This document shows positions 34,752-45,315 of a stretch of DNA of 64,000 nt, piece by piece; the first letter of the stretch is position 1, and the number at the start of each line of letters is the position of its first letter. The notes under the pieces were generated by a model. The model worked only from the letters and a program-made list of their open reading frames with translations, made no database searches and had not been told where the DNA came from. Source of the DNA: Oscillospiraceae bacterium. Its GTDB lineage: Bacteria; Bacillota; Clostridia; Oscillospirales; CAG-272. The position numbers were made by a program, and so were the translations under genes. Where the stretch lies: positions 72,261-136,260 of the forward strand of contig SVUJ01000003.1 in the NCBI GenBank assembly GCA_015063305.1, written 5' to 3'.

Positions 34752-36188
34752 ATGTGTAACACCAAAAATAACATTCTGCCCGCGGCAGAAGTGGAAAAGC
34801 AGTTTGAATATATCAAACGGATAAAAAAGGATAATGATAAATATACCGAGCTGAACGGTAATCGCCGGCGCGCTTTCGTGATGACCTTCGGTTGTCAGCA
34901 GAACGAGGCGGACAGCGAGAAGATAGCGGGTATGGCAGAGGCTATGGGATATGAGATCGCCAACTTACCCGAGGGAGCGTCGCTCATAGTTGTGAACACT
35001 TGCGCTGTGCGTGAGCACGCCGAGCAAAAGGCTTTGTCTATTATCGGACAGTACAAGCATTTGAAAAATAAAGATCCCGATATGATAATAGCCGTCTGCG
35101 GCTGTATGGTAACTCAGGAGCATAGGGTAAACGAGATAAAATTCAGTTATCCTTACGTGGATTTTGTTTTCGGAACGTCGTCAATACACCGTCTGCCTCA
35201 GCTTATCTGTCAAAGACGGGCGAGCGGACGAAGGATCTACTGCCCCGAGGAAAAGGAATATCTGGTTGCCGAGGGCATACCGATGAAGCGCGCCGAGGGG
35301 GCGAGAGCTTGGGTATCGGTAATGTACGGCTGTAACAATTTCTGCTCATACTGCATAGTTCCTTATGTCAGAGGGAGAGAGAGAAGCAGAACGCGCGAGG
35401 CTATATACGACGAGGTCGCAGAGCTTGTAAAGCAGGGATACCGCGATATAACTCTTCTCGGTCAGAACGTAAACTCCTACGGCAAGGACAGCGGATACGA
35501 CTATGATTTTGCCGACCTTCTTTCGATGCTCGACACGATAGAGGGCGACTATATGATACACTTTATGACAAGTCACCCAAAGGACGCCACACGTAAGCTC
35601 ATTGACGTTATGGCAAACGGACGGCATATAGCCAAGCACTTTCATCTGCCGCTTCAGGCGGGAAGCGATGACGTGCTTCGAAGAATGAACAGACGTTATA
35701 CCTTTGAGAGCTATATGGGCATACTTGATTATATAAGAGAGAAGATGCCCGATGCGGTCATCACCTCGGATATAATGGTAGGATTCCCGGGGGAGAGCGA
35801 AGAGGATTTCGAGGATACCTTGCGAGCACTTCGCAGAGCGAGATTTGATATGATATACTCATTCATATATTCTCCGAGGCGCGGAACTCCAGCATACAGT
35901 ATGGACTGTCATATACCCGACAAGATAAAGAGCGAGAGATTTGAGCGTCTGCTTCAGTGTCAGAACGCCATCGCGCTTGAGAAAAACAAGCCGCTTGTGG
36001 GAAAGACTGTAAGAGTTCTTTGCGACGGAAGGAGCAAGAACAACGACAAGGTGTTCAGCGGAAGAAACGAGGGAAACAAGATAGTTTTCTTCGATGCTGA
36101 GGACAGCGATACGGGAAAGTTTCTTGACGTACTCATAGAGCGTGCAGATACCTTTGCGCTCTACGGTAAAATAATAAGACAAAAATAA
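34752..36188 (+). CDS. miaB: tRNA-2-methylthio-N6-dimethylallyladenosine synthase MiaB
   Basis: TFGCQQNEADSE in the UPF0004 domain, radical-SAM CNNFCSYCIVPYVRG, and a C-terminal TRAM domain. The start is uncertain; the listed TTG at 34668 would sit 8 nt from the predicted TSS. Confidence 0.9.
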   Translation: MCNTKNNILPAAEVEKQFEYIKRIKKDNDKYTELNGNRRRAFVMTFGCQQNEADSEKIAGMAEAMGYEIANLPEGASLIVVNTCAVREHAEQKALSIIGQYKHLKNKDPDMIIAVCGCMVTQEHRVNEIKFSYPYVDFVFGTSSIHRLPQLICQRRASGRRIYCPEEKEYLVAEGIPMKRAEGARAWVSVMYGCNNFCSYCIVPYVRGRERSRTREAIYDEVAELVKQGYRDITLLGQNVNSYGKDSGYDYDFADLLSMLDTIEGDYMIHFMTSHPKDATRKLIDVMANGRHIAKHFHLPLQAGSDDVLRRMNRRYTFESYMGILDYIREKMPDAVITSDIMVGFPGESEEDFEDTLRALRRARFDMIYSFIYSPRRGTPAYSMDCHIPDKIKSERFERLLQCQNAIALEKNKPLVGKTVRVLCDGRSKNNDKVFSGRNEGNKIVFFDAEDSDTGKFLDVLIERADTFALYGKIIRQK

Positions 36189-36211
36189 TTTTTGAAAGGA
36201 AATATAAAAAA

Positions 36212-36598
36212 ATGGATATTATGGAATTGGCTTCGGCACTCGGAAAGGCGCTGAAAGAGGACGAAAGAATGAAGAAATTTGCAGAGGCGAAGTATGAGTA
36301 TGCCTCGAACGACGAGCTTCAGAAAAAGCTTGTAGAGTATGAGATACAGCAAAAGGCGCTTCAGGGAGAGATAACCAAGCCCGAGCGCGATACCGCTTTC
36401 ATAGACATAATACAGAAGAGAATAGACGAGCTTTACCGCGAGATAACAGAAAATCCCGCATTTATAAAGCTCAACGAAACACAGGCTGAGGTCAACGAGC
36501 TTATGAACGCCGTTAATATGACTATCACCGCAAACATCACGGGCGAAACTCCTTCGTCCTGTACACATAACTGCTCGACCTGCGGGGGCTGCCACTGA
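36212..36598 (+). CDS. YlbF/YmcA-family protein (RicA-like by synteny) with a Cys-rich C-terminal tail
   Basis: Helical 128-aa protein between miaB and mutS, matching the B. subtilis ymcB(miaB)-ymcA-...-mutS-mutL order. It ends in SSCTHNCSTCGGCH. Confidence 0.65.
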   Translation: MDIMELASALGKALKEDERMKKFAEAKYEYASNDELQKKLVEYEIQQKALQGEITKPERDTAFIDIIQKRIDELYREITENPAFIKLNETQAEVNELMNAVNMTITANITGETPSSCTHNCSTCGGCH

Positions 36599-36647
36599 TA
36601 GTCGGCTTTTGTAACCACCTAAAAATAACGGCAGGGAGGATTTTGCC

Positions 36648-39236
36648 ATGACTCCAATGATGGAGCAGTATTTTGAGATAAAAAATCAATATAAGGACCA
36701 TTTGCTTTTCTACCGTCTTGGGGATTTTTACGAGATGTTTTTTGACGACGCGATACTCGCGTCGCGCGTTCTCGAGCTTACCCTTACGGGTAGAGATTGC
36801 GGAGAGAAGGAGCGCGCACCGATGTGCGGCGTTCCTTTTCACAGCGCCGAGGGTTACATAGGCACACTCATATCGAAGGGATACAAGGTGGCTATATGTG
36901 AGCAGACCGAAGATCCCGCGCTTGCCAAGGGTATAGTCAAGAGAGAGGTCGTGCGTGTCGTTACTCCGGGAACTGTTATAGAATCCGAGCTGCTTACCGA
37001 GAAAGAAAATAATTATCTTTGCTCGATATATATGAACGAATATGAGTGCGGAATAAGCTTTGCCGATATATCCACGGCGCACGTATTTGCAACCTCATTC
37101 AGCGGAGATGACGTTATAGCTCATATCTGTAATGAGATAGCGACCTATCAGCCCCGCGAGGTTATAACCAATATCTCTTCGGAAAAGCTTGGAGATGCTA
37201 AGACCGTTATATGCGAGAGATTTTCGGCTATGCTTGATGATAGGCAGAGTCCGAGATTTGATTTTGCCGGGGCTAAGGAAAGAGTGAAGAAGCAATTTCC
37301 CGACACGGTAAGCCGTGATATTATGGTCGACCGCGCGCTTGTTTCTTCTCTCGGAGCGCTTTTATCCTACGTTGAGGATATGCAGAAATATGACATCTCC
37401 TATATGAAGGAGCTCAACGTATACAGCGACGACCAATATCTTGAGATCGACATAAACACCCGCAGAAACCTTGAGATAACCGAAACTATGCGAAACAAGG
37501 AGCGCCGAGGGGCGCTTGTAGGTGTGCTTGATAAGACACATACCGCCGCGGGCGCAAGACTTTTGCGCCAGTGGATGCAGCATCCGCTGCTCAGCACCGC
37601 CAAGATAAACTCAAGGCAGAACGCTGTAGAGGAACTTGCGGGGGACTATATGCTTCGCGAGGAGCTTTCTATGCTCCTTAGGGGCGGACTTGACGTTGAG
37701 CGCCTTATGACAAGGATAATATACGGAACGGCAAACGCGAGAGAGCTTCGCTCACTTGCTTCAACCATAGCTATATTGCCCGAGCTTAAAGAGAAGCTCT
37801 CGGTCTGCAAGTCTGATGAGCTGTCACGTTTATATAACGAGCTTGACACCCTTGAGGATATCTTTGAAAAGGTAGACACGTCAATATCCGAAGCTCCGCC
37901 ATTTTCCATACGTGAAGGAAATATGATCAAGGACGGATACGATGCCGAGGTGGACGAGCTGCGCTCGATACTTAACGACGGCAAGAGCTGGCTTGAGCGA
38001 ATGGCTGAGGAGGAGCGAGAGGCTACGGGAATAAAGCTCCTTAAGATAAACTACAATAGAGTTTTCGGGTATTACATAGAGGTCACAAAGTCATTTATGA
38101 ACCAAGTGCCCGACAGATATATAAGAAAGCAGACGCTTGCGAATTGCGAGAGATATATAACTCCCGAGCTTAAGGATCTTGAATCGAGAATGCTCGGCGC
38201 GTCTGACAGAGTTGCGGCGATAGAGTATGAGCTCTTCTGCGAGATAAGACAGTTTGTAGCCGAGAACAACGCGAGAATACGTAAGGCGGCGGCAGATATG
38301 GCGCGAATAGACGTATATCTCAGCTTAGCTAACGTTGCGGTGAAGAATAATTACGTACGTCCCGAGGTCGATTGCGGTAGCATAATATCGATAAGGAACG
38401 GAAGACACCCTGTTGTAGAGCAATTTGTCAAGGATACCTATTTCGTTCCGAATGACACTTATCTTGACACGGAGCGCAACCGCTTGATGCTTATAACAGG
38501 CCCTAATATGGCGGGTAAATCTACCTATATGCGACAGGTGGCGATAATCGTGCTGCTTGCGCAGATAGGCTCGTTCGTACCTGCGTCCGAGGCGAGAATA
38601 GGGATCGTGGACAAGCTCTTTACAAGAGTGGGAGCGTCCGACGACCTCGCTTCGGGTCAGTCCACCTTTATGCTTGAGATGAACGAGGTGGCATATATCC
38701 TCAGAAACGCCACAAAGAGAAGTCTTATAATCTACGACGAGGTGGGACGCGGAACTTCTACCTTTGACGGTATGAGTATAGCTAAGGCTATTGCAGAGTA
38801 TACCTGCGGAAAGAAGATAGGAGCGAAGACCCTCTTTGCAACTCATTATCACGAGCTTACCTCGCTTGAAGATGAGGTAGAGGGTGTTGTTAACTATAAT
38901 ATCGCGGCAAAGAAGAAGGGCGACAATATAACCTTCTTGAGAAAGATATTGAGGGGCTCTACCGACGACAGCTACGGAATAGAGGTTGCGAAGCTTGCGG
39001 GAGTGCCTAATGAGGTCATAAAGAGAGCCAAAGAGGTGCTTGTGTCTGTCGAGAGCACGGCAAAGGCTATATCCGAGTGTGAGGTCAAGCCCAAAGAGGT
39101 AGACGACACCTTGATAAGCTTTGACGACTGTATAAAAGAACAGGTGATAGAGGAGCTAAAGGCTGTGGATATCAACACGCTCTCTCCCTATGAGGCTATG
39201 AGCCTTCTGTTCGAGCTGCAAAAAAGATTAAAATAA
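36648..39236 (+). CDS. mutS: DNA mismatch repair protein MutS
   Basis: MTPMMEQYFEIK...GDFYEMFF N-terminus, Walker A GPNMAGKST, and DEVGRGTSTFDG. Confidence 0.97.
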   Translation: MTPMMEQYFEIKNQYKDHLLFYRLGDFYEMFFDDAILASRVLELTLTGRDCGEKERAPMCGVPFHSAEGYIGTLISKGYKVAICEQTEDPALAKGIVKREVVRVVTPGTVIESELLTEKENNYLCSIYMNEYECGISFADISTAHVFATSFSGDDVIAHICNEIATYQPREVITNISSEKLGDAKTVICERFSAMLDDRQSPRFDFAGAKERVKKQFPDTVSRDIMVDRALVSSLGALLSYVEDMQKYDISYMKELNVYSDDQYLEIDINTRRNLEITETMRNKERRGALVGVLDKTHTAAGARLLRQWMQHPLLSTAKINSRQNAVEELAGDYMLREELSMLLRGGLDVERLMTRIIYGTANARELRSLASTIAILPELKEKLSVCKSDELSRLYNELDTLEDIFEKVDTSISEAPPFSIREGNMIKDGYDAEVDELRSILNDGKSWLERMAEEEREATGIKLLKINYNRVFGYYIEVTKSFMNQVPDRYIRKQTLANCERYITPELKDLESRMLGASDRVAAIEYELFCEIRQFVAENNARIRKAAADMARIDVYLSLANVAVKNNYVRPEVDCGSIISIRNGRHPVVEQFVKDTYFVPNDTYLDTERNRLMLITGPNMAGKSTYMRQVAIIVLLAQIGSFVPASEARIGIVDKLFTRVGASDDLASGQSTFMLEMNEVAYILRNATKRSLIIYDEVGRGTSTFDGMSIAKAIAEYTCGKKIGAKTLFATHYHELTSLEDEVEGVVNYNIAAKKKGDNITFLRKILRGSTDDSYGIEVAKLAGVPNEVIKRAKEVLVSVESTAKAISECEVKPKEVDDTLISFDDCIKEQVIEELKAVDINTLSPYEAMSLLFELQKRLK

Positions 39237-39257
39237 TTATTTAGAAGGGGTAAATAA

Positions 39258-41282
39258 ATGGGAAGGATAAACGTGCTTTCATTTGCGGTGGCAAACCTTA
39301 TTGCTGCGGGCGAGGTCGTGGACAGACCTGCCTCGGTCATCAAGGAGCTGCTTGAAAACGCAATAGATTCGGGTGCGGATAGAATAACCGTCGAGATACA
39401 CAACGGCGGTGTTACCTTTATGCGCGTTTCGGATAACGGGTGCGGTATCTCTCCCGAGGATCTGCCCATAGCTATCCGCCGACACGCCACGAGCAAGATA
39501 AAGGAAGCCGAGGACCTTGACGGAATAACTACGCTCGGCTTCAGAGGAGAGGCTTTGGCGGCTATCGCGGCGGTGTCGCGTATGCGAATTATATCAAAAA
39601 CAGCCGATGCAGACGTAGGCTGTGCACTTGAAGCAAACGGCGGGGAGATAATATCTCTTGAAGAGAGAGCGGCATCAACGGGAACTACGGTCATAGTTGA
39701 GGACCTTTTTGCCAATGTTCCCGCGAGAAGAAAATTCCTTAAGAAGGATATAACCGAGGCAACCGCCATATCGGTGGCGGTGGAGAAGATAGCCCTCTCC
39801 AAGCCCAACATTGGATTTAAGCTTATAGTAGACGGAAACCTTCGCCTTGAAACTGTTGGCGACGGAAATCTCAAAAATACTATATACGCTGTATTCGGAC
39901 GCGATTTTACCTCTAAGCTTATTAAGATAAATAGCGAGGCGGACGGAATAGAGGTCTTCGGATTTATAGGAAGGTCGGATAACGTCAGAGCGAACAGAAA
40001 CTATCAAAACTTCTTTATAAACGGACGTTACGTTAAATCAAAAACGGCGAGCGCCGCTATAGAGCAGGCGTACGTGTCGTATATACCGCCCGAAAAATTC
40101 CCGAGCTGTGTGCTGTATATAAACGTCAATCCCACAACGGTGGACGTAAACGTGCATCCCGCAAAGCTTGAGGTCAAATTTTCTAACGAAAAGCCTGTTT
40201 TTGAGGCTATATACTATTCGGTCAAGAATGCGCTTGAGGCTGATGTTTCAAGACCCGATATGACAATTCCCGGCGCAAGACCCCGTCAGATGGGGCGTGT
40301 TTCGGATATGCAAGTGCCCGTTGGGGATAATCGCTCCGAGGGACTTAAAAAGCGCCAGATAAGCGCAGAGCTTTATTCAGCCCCTGCTGCGCCTAAAGCA
40401 CAAAAAGCTCCCGAGGAGAAGTTTATACGAATAACTGCCGAGCAGTACGCCCGTGAGTACATAAACGCAAACCGCGATAAAGGAGTACAGGCGAACAAGC
40501 CTATTGCTGAGAGTGTAAAAGCCGCTCCGCAGATAAAAGAGCCTCAAGTCAGCATAAAGCAGGATACCGTAAAGGTTGAGGAAAAAACGGTTAATGTCAG
40601 CGACACTTCCGTGGCGGCAGCTCCTAAAGCGCCCATACAGGAGGTCAACACAGTAAAAGCTCCCGAAGCGTCCGCGGCGGAGATCGTAGATTCTCCCAAG
40701 AAGCTTGAATATCGCATAGTCGGAGAGGTCTTTAACTCTTACGTTGTCGTGGAGCTTGGTGAGAAGATGCTTCTTGTTGACAAGCACGCCGCGCACGAGA
40801 GAGTTATATTCGAGCAGCTAAAGGCGGGAATGAGAAGCAAGGAAAGAGCTTCTCAGCTTATGATGCTTCCTATCGACGTGATGATGACCTCTGACGAGGT
40901 ATCGGTGATATCCGAATACCGAGAGGAGATAGAGGCCGTCGGCTTTGAGTTCGATTGTGGAAGGAATACTGTCAGCGTTATAGCTATTCCCGAGGGAATA
41001 AGTACAAAGGCTGTACCCGATATGCTCGCAGTCATAGCCGAGCGTATAAAGTCGAATACGGGTACGGCGATGATAACAAGGGACATAATATTTGAAAAGG
41101 CGCTCTATCAGGCTTCCTGTAAGGCGGCTATAAAGGCGGGGAGGGAATATCCGCCCGAGTACGTCGAGTGGCTTGTTGAAAAGCTTATGTCGCTCCCCGA
41201 TATCACGGTGTGTCCGCACGGAAGACCCGTGGCTATGGAGCTGAGTAAAAAGAAGATCGACCATCAGTTTGAACGCACCTGA
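39258..41282 (+). CDS. mutL: DNA mismatch repair protein MutL
   Basis: GHKL ATPase motifs (IAAGEVVDRPASVIKELLENAIDSGA, DNGCGI) and a C-terminal endonuclease-type domain. Confidence 0.95.
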   Translation: MGRINVLSFAVANLIAAGEVVDRPASVIKELLENAIDSGADRITVEIHNGGVTFMRVSDNGCGISPEDLPIAIRRHATSKIKEAEDLDGITTLGFRGEALAAIAAVSRMRIISKTADADVGCALEANGGEIISLEERAASTGTTVIVEDLFANVPARRKFLKKDITEATAISVAVEKIALSKPNIGFKLIVDGNLRLETVGDGNLKNTIYAVFGRDFTSKLIKINSEADGIEVFGFIGRSDNVRANRNYQNFFINGRYVKSKTASAAIEQAYVSYIPPEKFPSCVLYINVNPTTVDVNVHPAKLEVKFSNEKPVFEAIYYSVKNALEADVSRPDMTIPGARPRQMGRVSDMQVPVGDNRSEGLKKRQISAELYSAPAAPKAQKAPEEKFIRITAEQYAREYINANRDKGVQANKPIAESVKAAPQIKEPQVSIKQDTVKVEEKTVNVSDTSVAAAPKAPIQEVNTVKAPEASAAEIVDSPKKLEYRIVGEVFNSYVVVELGEKMLLVDKHAAHERVIFEQLKAGMRSKERASQLMMLPIDVMMTSDEVSVISEYREEIEAVGFEFDCGRNTVSVIAIPEGISTKAVPDMLAVIAERIKSNTGTAMITRDIIFEKALYQASCKAAIKAGREYPPEYVEWLVEKLMSLPDITVCPHGRPVAMELSKKKIDHQFERT

Positions 41283-41321
41283 GGTCTATTCTGTATCAAT
41301 TAATTGTAACGAGGAAAAAGT

Positions 41322-42458
41322 ATGTTTGAAATTTTAGCTACCGACGGACGAGCAAGAAGAGGAGTTCTTCACACCGTCCACGGAGATATACAGACACCTG
41401 TATTTATGAACGTTGGAACTTGCGCGGCTATCAAGGGAGGAGTATCATCGCGTGAGCTTATAGACCTTGACTGTCAGGTCGAGCTTTCCAATACCTATCA
41501 CCTTCATATCCGTCCGGGTGATAAGCTTATATACGAGATGGGCGGACTTCATAAATTTATGAATTGGGAGCGCCCGATATTGACAGACAGCGGAGGATTT
41601 CAGGTATTTTCTCTGTCATCTCTGCGTAAAATAACCGAAGAGGGTGTCAGATTTGCTTCACACGTTGACGGAAAGAGAATATTTATGGGGCCCGAGGAGA
41701 GTATGCAGATACAGTCGAACCTCGCGTCTACCATAGCTATGGCGTTTGACGAGTGCATCGAAAACCCCGCGCCCTATGAATACGTTAAGGCTTCCTGTGA
41801 GCGCACGGCGCGTTGGCTCGTACGTTGCAAGAATGAGATGGACAGACTTAACTCTCTGCCCGAAACCATAAATAAAAATCAGCTTTTGTTCGGTATAAAT
41901 CAGGGCGGAACTTACGAGGATCTTCGTATAGAGCATATGCACCGCATAGCCGAGCTCGACCTTGCGGGATATGCTATAGGCGGTCTGGCGGTCGGTGAGG
42001 CTACCGAGGAAATGTACAGAATAATAGATGCGGTAGAGCCCCATATGCCCAAGCACAAGCCGAGATATCTTATGGGTGTGGGAACGCCCTGTAATATACT
42101 TGAGGCGGTGCATATGGGAGTGGACTTCTTTGACTGCGTAATGCCAAGCAGAAACGCGCGTCACGGAAATCTCTTTACCTGGCACGGGAAGATGAACCTG
42201 CTCAATGAGAAATATGCAAAAGACCCCAGACCCTTTGACGAGAACTGCGGATGTCCCGCGTGCAGAAATTACAGCCGCTCATACGTGCGCCATCTTATAA
42301 AGGCAAAGGAGTCGCTCGGTATGCGACTTGCCGTGGCGCATAATCTCTATTTCTACAACAACCTTACAAGAAAGATAAGAGAGGCGCTTGAGGGCGGATA
42401 TTTTGAAAGCTTTTATCAGAAATACAGACTTATACTCGGAGAACGTTCACAGGATTGA
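41322..42458 (+). CDS. tgt: Queuine tRNA-ribosyltransferase
   Basis: RRGVLHT.HG...TPVFM, LTDSGGFQV, and the zinc site CxCxxC...H (CGCPACRNYSRSYVRH). Confidence 0.95.
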   Translation: MFEILATDGRARRGVLHTVHGDIQTPVFMNVGTCAAIKGGVSSRELIDLDCQVELSNTYHLHIRPGDKLIYEMGGLHKFMNWERPILTDSGGFQVFSLSSLRKITEEGVRFASHVDGKRIFMGPEESMQIQSNLASTIAMAFDECIENPAPYEYVKASCERTARWLVRCKNEMDRLNSLPETINKNQLLFGINQGGTYEDLRIEHMHRIAELDLAGYAIGGLAVGEATEEMYRIIDAVEPHMPKHKPRYLMGVGTPCNILEAVHMGVDFFDCVMPSRNARHGNLFTWHGKMNLLNEKYAKDPRPFDENCGCPACRNYSRSYVRHLIKAKESLGMRLAVAHNLYFYNNLTRKIREALEGGYFESFYQKYRLILGERSQD

Positions 42459-42472
42459 TAACGGAGGCAGAA

Positions 42473-43852
42473 ATGTTTGATAAAAAATTGCTCGAAGAGG
42501 TACTCGCCACGGCAATGAGAAGCGGCGCGGACTTTGCCGAGATATATGCCGAAAGAACAAGAAACAATTCTATACGTTTTGTTGACGGCAAGATAGACCG
42601 AATAAACGATAATTTCCTTTCGGGTGTGGGAATACGCGCCTTTATGGGCACTCGTACCATATACGCGTCCACCACGGATATAAGCCGCGAGGGACTTTTG
42701 CGCTGCGCGGCATCGGTGTCCGACGCTATGGGCGAGGGAAAGGCTCAGATATCTATAGTTCTTACTCCTCAGAAAGTTGTTGACATACACCCCGTAAAGA
42801 TAGACCCGAGCTCGGTGGAAACCAAACGTAAAGGCGATATACTCAAGCAGGCGTGCTTTTCGGCTAAGGAATACAATGAGGCGATTTCTCAGGTCCAGGG
42901 AACACTTGCTGACGTTGACCACTCGATAATGGTGGCAAACAGCGAGGGACTTCTCGTTGAGGACCGTCACGTAAGAACGAGGATCGCCGTGAATGCGGTA
43001 GCATCGGACGGAAACGAAAATCAGTCGGGCTCTTGCTCACCGGGTCGCGGTATGGGACTTGAGATGTTTGAGATATTTGATCCGTCGGAGATAGGAATAC
43101 ACGCGGCAAAGCAGGCTATGGTAAATCTCGGCGCGGGATACTGCAAGGCGGGACAGATGACGGTGGCTATCGAAAACGGTTTTGGCGGAGTTATATTCCA
43201 TGAGGCTTGCGGACATTCGCTTGAGGCAACTCAGGTCGGTGTGGGTATGTCTGAGATGTGCGGAAAGCTCGGTCAAAAGATAGCTAACGAGAAGATAACC
43301 GCAATAGACGACGGAACTATACCCAACGCGTGGGGCTCGGTCAATATTGACGACGAGGGAAATCCCACACAGAGAAATGTTCTTATCGAGAACGGCGTTC
43401 TCAAAAAGTATATGATAGACCGTCTGGGCTCAAGAAGAATGGGCATGCCGATGACAGGCAACAGCCGCAGACAGGGATATACCTTTGAGCCTACCTCAAG
43501 AATGACCAACACCTTTATTGATAACGGTCCTGACAAAAACGAGGATATCATATCCTCAATAGAATACGGGCTTTATGCCAAGGAGATGGGCGGCGGATCG
43601 GTAAATCCTCTTACGGGCGCATTCAATTTCGCTGTAAGAGAGGGGTATATGATAAGAAACGGCAAGATATGCGAGGCGGTGCGAGGCGCGTCGCTTATAG
43701 GCACGGGCTCTCAGATACTTCAGGATATAGATATGGTAGGACAAAATCTGGCTACAGGTCAGGGCGTTTGCGGCTCGTCGAGCGGAAGTGTTCCTACCGA
43801 CGTGGGTCAGCCGCTTATAAGAGTCAAGAGTATCACGGTGGGAGGCAGATAA
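42473..43852 (+). CDS. tldD: TldD-family metalloprotease
   Basis: HEACGH (HExxxH) motif and collinear TldD layout. The ATG at 42473 follows ACGGAGG. Confidence 0.9.
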   Translation: MFDKKLLEEVLATAMRSGADFAEIYAERTRNNSIRFVDGKIDRINDNFLSGVGIRAFMGTRTIYASTTDISREGLLRCAASVSDAMGEGKAQISIVLTPQKVVDIHPVKIDPSSVETKRKGDILKQACFSAKEYNEAISQVQGTLADVDHSIMVANSEGLLVEDRHVRTRIAVNAVASDGNENQSGSCSPGRGMGLEMFEIFDPSEIGIHAAKQAMVNLGAGYCKAGQMTVAIENGFGGVIFHEACGHSLEATQVGVGMSEMCGKLGQKIANEKITAIDDGTIPNAWGSVNIDDEGNPTQRNVLIENGVLKKYMIDRLGSRRMGMPMTGNSRRQGYTFEPTSRMTNTFIDNGPDKNEDIISSIEYGLYAKEMGGGSVNPLTGAFNFAVREGYMIRNGKICEAVRGASLIGTGSQILQDIDMVGQNLATGQGVCGSSSGSVPTDVGQPLIRVKSITVGGR

Positions 43853-43855
43853 GAT

Positions 43856-45199
43856 ATGGATTTTGAGAAAATAAAAAAATGTCTGTTTGACGCCGCGAAT
43901 GAAGCGGGAATAGAGGAATACGAGATATTTTATACCGCCGACTCGTCAATATCCGCGGAAACGCTGAAGGACGAGGTGTCTGCCTTTTCCTGTGGTGTGT
44001 GCGCGGGAATATCCTTCAGATGTATAGTTGACGGAAGGATAGGCATGGCTTCGAGTGAGCTCTTTACAGAAGACGAGATGAAGAATCTTGTTTTCAGAGC
44101 GATATCAAACGCGAAAAATATCGAGAGCGACGATCCCGCTATAATATTCAAGGGTTCGGAAAAATACGAGCGCACGTCTATGCCCGAGTTTACTATGCCA
44201 GATGCGGCAAAGATAAAGAACAATGCGCTCGAGCTTCAGAAGATGACCTATGCCGAGAGTGAATACGTTACAGAGGGAACCCAAAGCTGTGTTTTTGCGG
44301 GAAGCTCTACAATGAGGCTTATGAACTCTCACGGACTTGAACTTTCAAACGATTACGGAATACACGGCGCTTACGTTCAGGCGGTTGTCAACCGTGACGG
44401 AGAGGCTGAGGACGAGTTCGAACTCAAAGGCGAGATAGAGCTTGAGGCGCTTTCGGAGCTGCCGAAAAAGGCGGTAAATAACGCGCTCTCAAAGCTTGGC
44501 GCGTCAAAAATCCCTTCGGGCAAATATGACGTTATATTTTCCGCTAAGCAGACAAGGTCACTTCTCGCGGTGTTTTCGTCGGCGTTTTCTGCAAGGAGCG
44601 CTCAGCTCGGTCTTTCACTGCTCGCGGGCAAGGAGGGGCAGAGAATCGCCGCTGATTGCATAACTATCGTTGATGACCCTATGAGAGAGGGTTGTATGGT
44701 ACAGACCTCTTTTGACGGCGAAGGTGTTGCGACGTATAAGAAAACTGTAGTTGAAAAGGGAATTCTCAATACTCTGCTTTACGATATGACGACCGCAAAA
44801 AAAGCGGGAGTTGAGTCTACGGCTAACGGACAGCGCTCAAATTATTCGGAAGCCGTATCGATAGCACCGTACAGCTTTTATATACTTGGCGGCGAAAAAA
44901 CACTTGAGCAGATGTGTATGGGAGTTTCCGACGGCGTTTATATAACCGCTATGAAGGGACTTCACGCGGGGGCTGACGCTGTTACGGGAGATTTCTCTAT
45001 CGACAGCGAGGGCTTCAGGATACGTGACGGCAAGATATGCGAGGCGGTGAAGTCGTTTACCGTTGCGGGAAATTTCTTTGAGATGATGAAAAATATCGAG
45101 GCGGTGTCAAGTGAGCTCTCCTTTGGACTTCCTTCGGGATTTACCGTGCTCGGCGCTCCCGATATCCTCGTCCGCAAAATGAGTGTCGCGGGCGAGTAA
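43856..45199 (+). CDS. pmbA: PmbA/TldE-family protein, partner of TldD
   Basis: Paralogous fold lacking HExxxH, immediately downstream of tldD. Confidence 0.85.
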   Translation: MDFEKIKKCLFDAANEAGIEEYEIFYTADSSISAETLKDEVSAFSCGVCAGISFRCIVDGRIGMASSELFTEDEMKNLVFRAISNAKNIESDDPAIIFKGSEKYERTSMPEFTMPDAAKIKNNALELQKMTYAESEYVTEGTQSCVFAGSSTMRLMNSHGLELSNDYGIHGAYVQAVVNRDGEAEDEFELKGEIELEALSELPKKAVNNALSKLGASKIPSGKYDVIFSAKQTRSLLAVFSSAFSARSAQLGLSLLAGKEGQRIAADCITIVDDPMREGCMVQTSFDGEGVATYKKTVVEKGILNTLLYDMTTAKKAGVESTANGQRSNYSEAVSIAPYSFYILGGEKTLEQMCMGVSDGVYITAMKGLHAGADAVTGDFSIDSEGFRIRDGKICEAVKSFTVAGNFFEMMKNIEAVSSELSFGLPSGFTVLGAPDILVRKMSVAGE

Positions 45200-45236
45200 T
45201 GTGAGGTAAATATATTATTTTACTTGTATAAACCGC

Positions 45237-45265
45237 TTGACAATATTTGCGGTGTGTGTTAAAAT
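45237..45265 (+). promoter_or_regulatory. Sigma-A-type promoter for glyQS (TTGACA-17-TAAAAT)
   Basis: -35 at 45237-45242 and -10 at 45260-45265. The leader is only about 45 nt. Confidence 0.65.
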
Positions 45266-45315
45266 ATTGCTTATTAAAGTATTTTGTCTTTTTAAACAGA
45301 AAGGTGTGACTTACA

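Noticed and set aside
39188-39874. 228-aa minus-strand ORF inside mutL. Similar long antisense ORFs lie at 45817-46725 (glyQS), 59891-60859 (gpmI), 53927-54691 (pyrC), 61357-62052 (mrp), 19039-19773 (ffh), 21510-22211 and 22581-23282 (potCD), and 20035-20718 (ylxM/EamA).
   Set aside because: All lie opposite genes with unambiguous conserved motifs. They lack SD sequences and translate to low-complexity or stop-poor shadow frames. I take them to be by-products of codon bias.
45200-45315. Looked for a T-box leader upstream of glyQS.
   Set aside because: The promoter -10 at 45260-45265 leaves a leader of only about 45 nt. There is no specifier or antiterminator structure and no T-box sequence.
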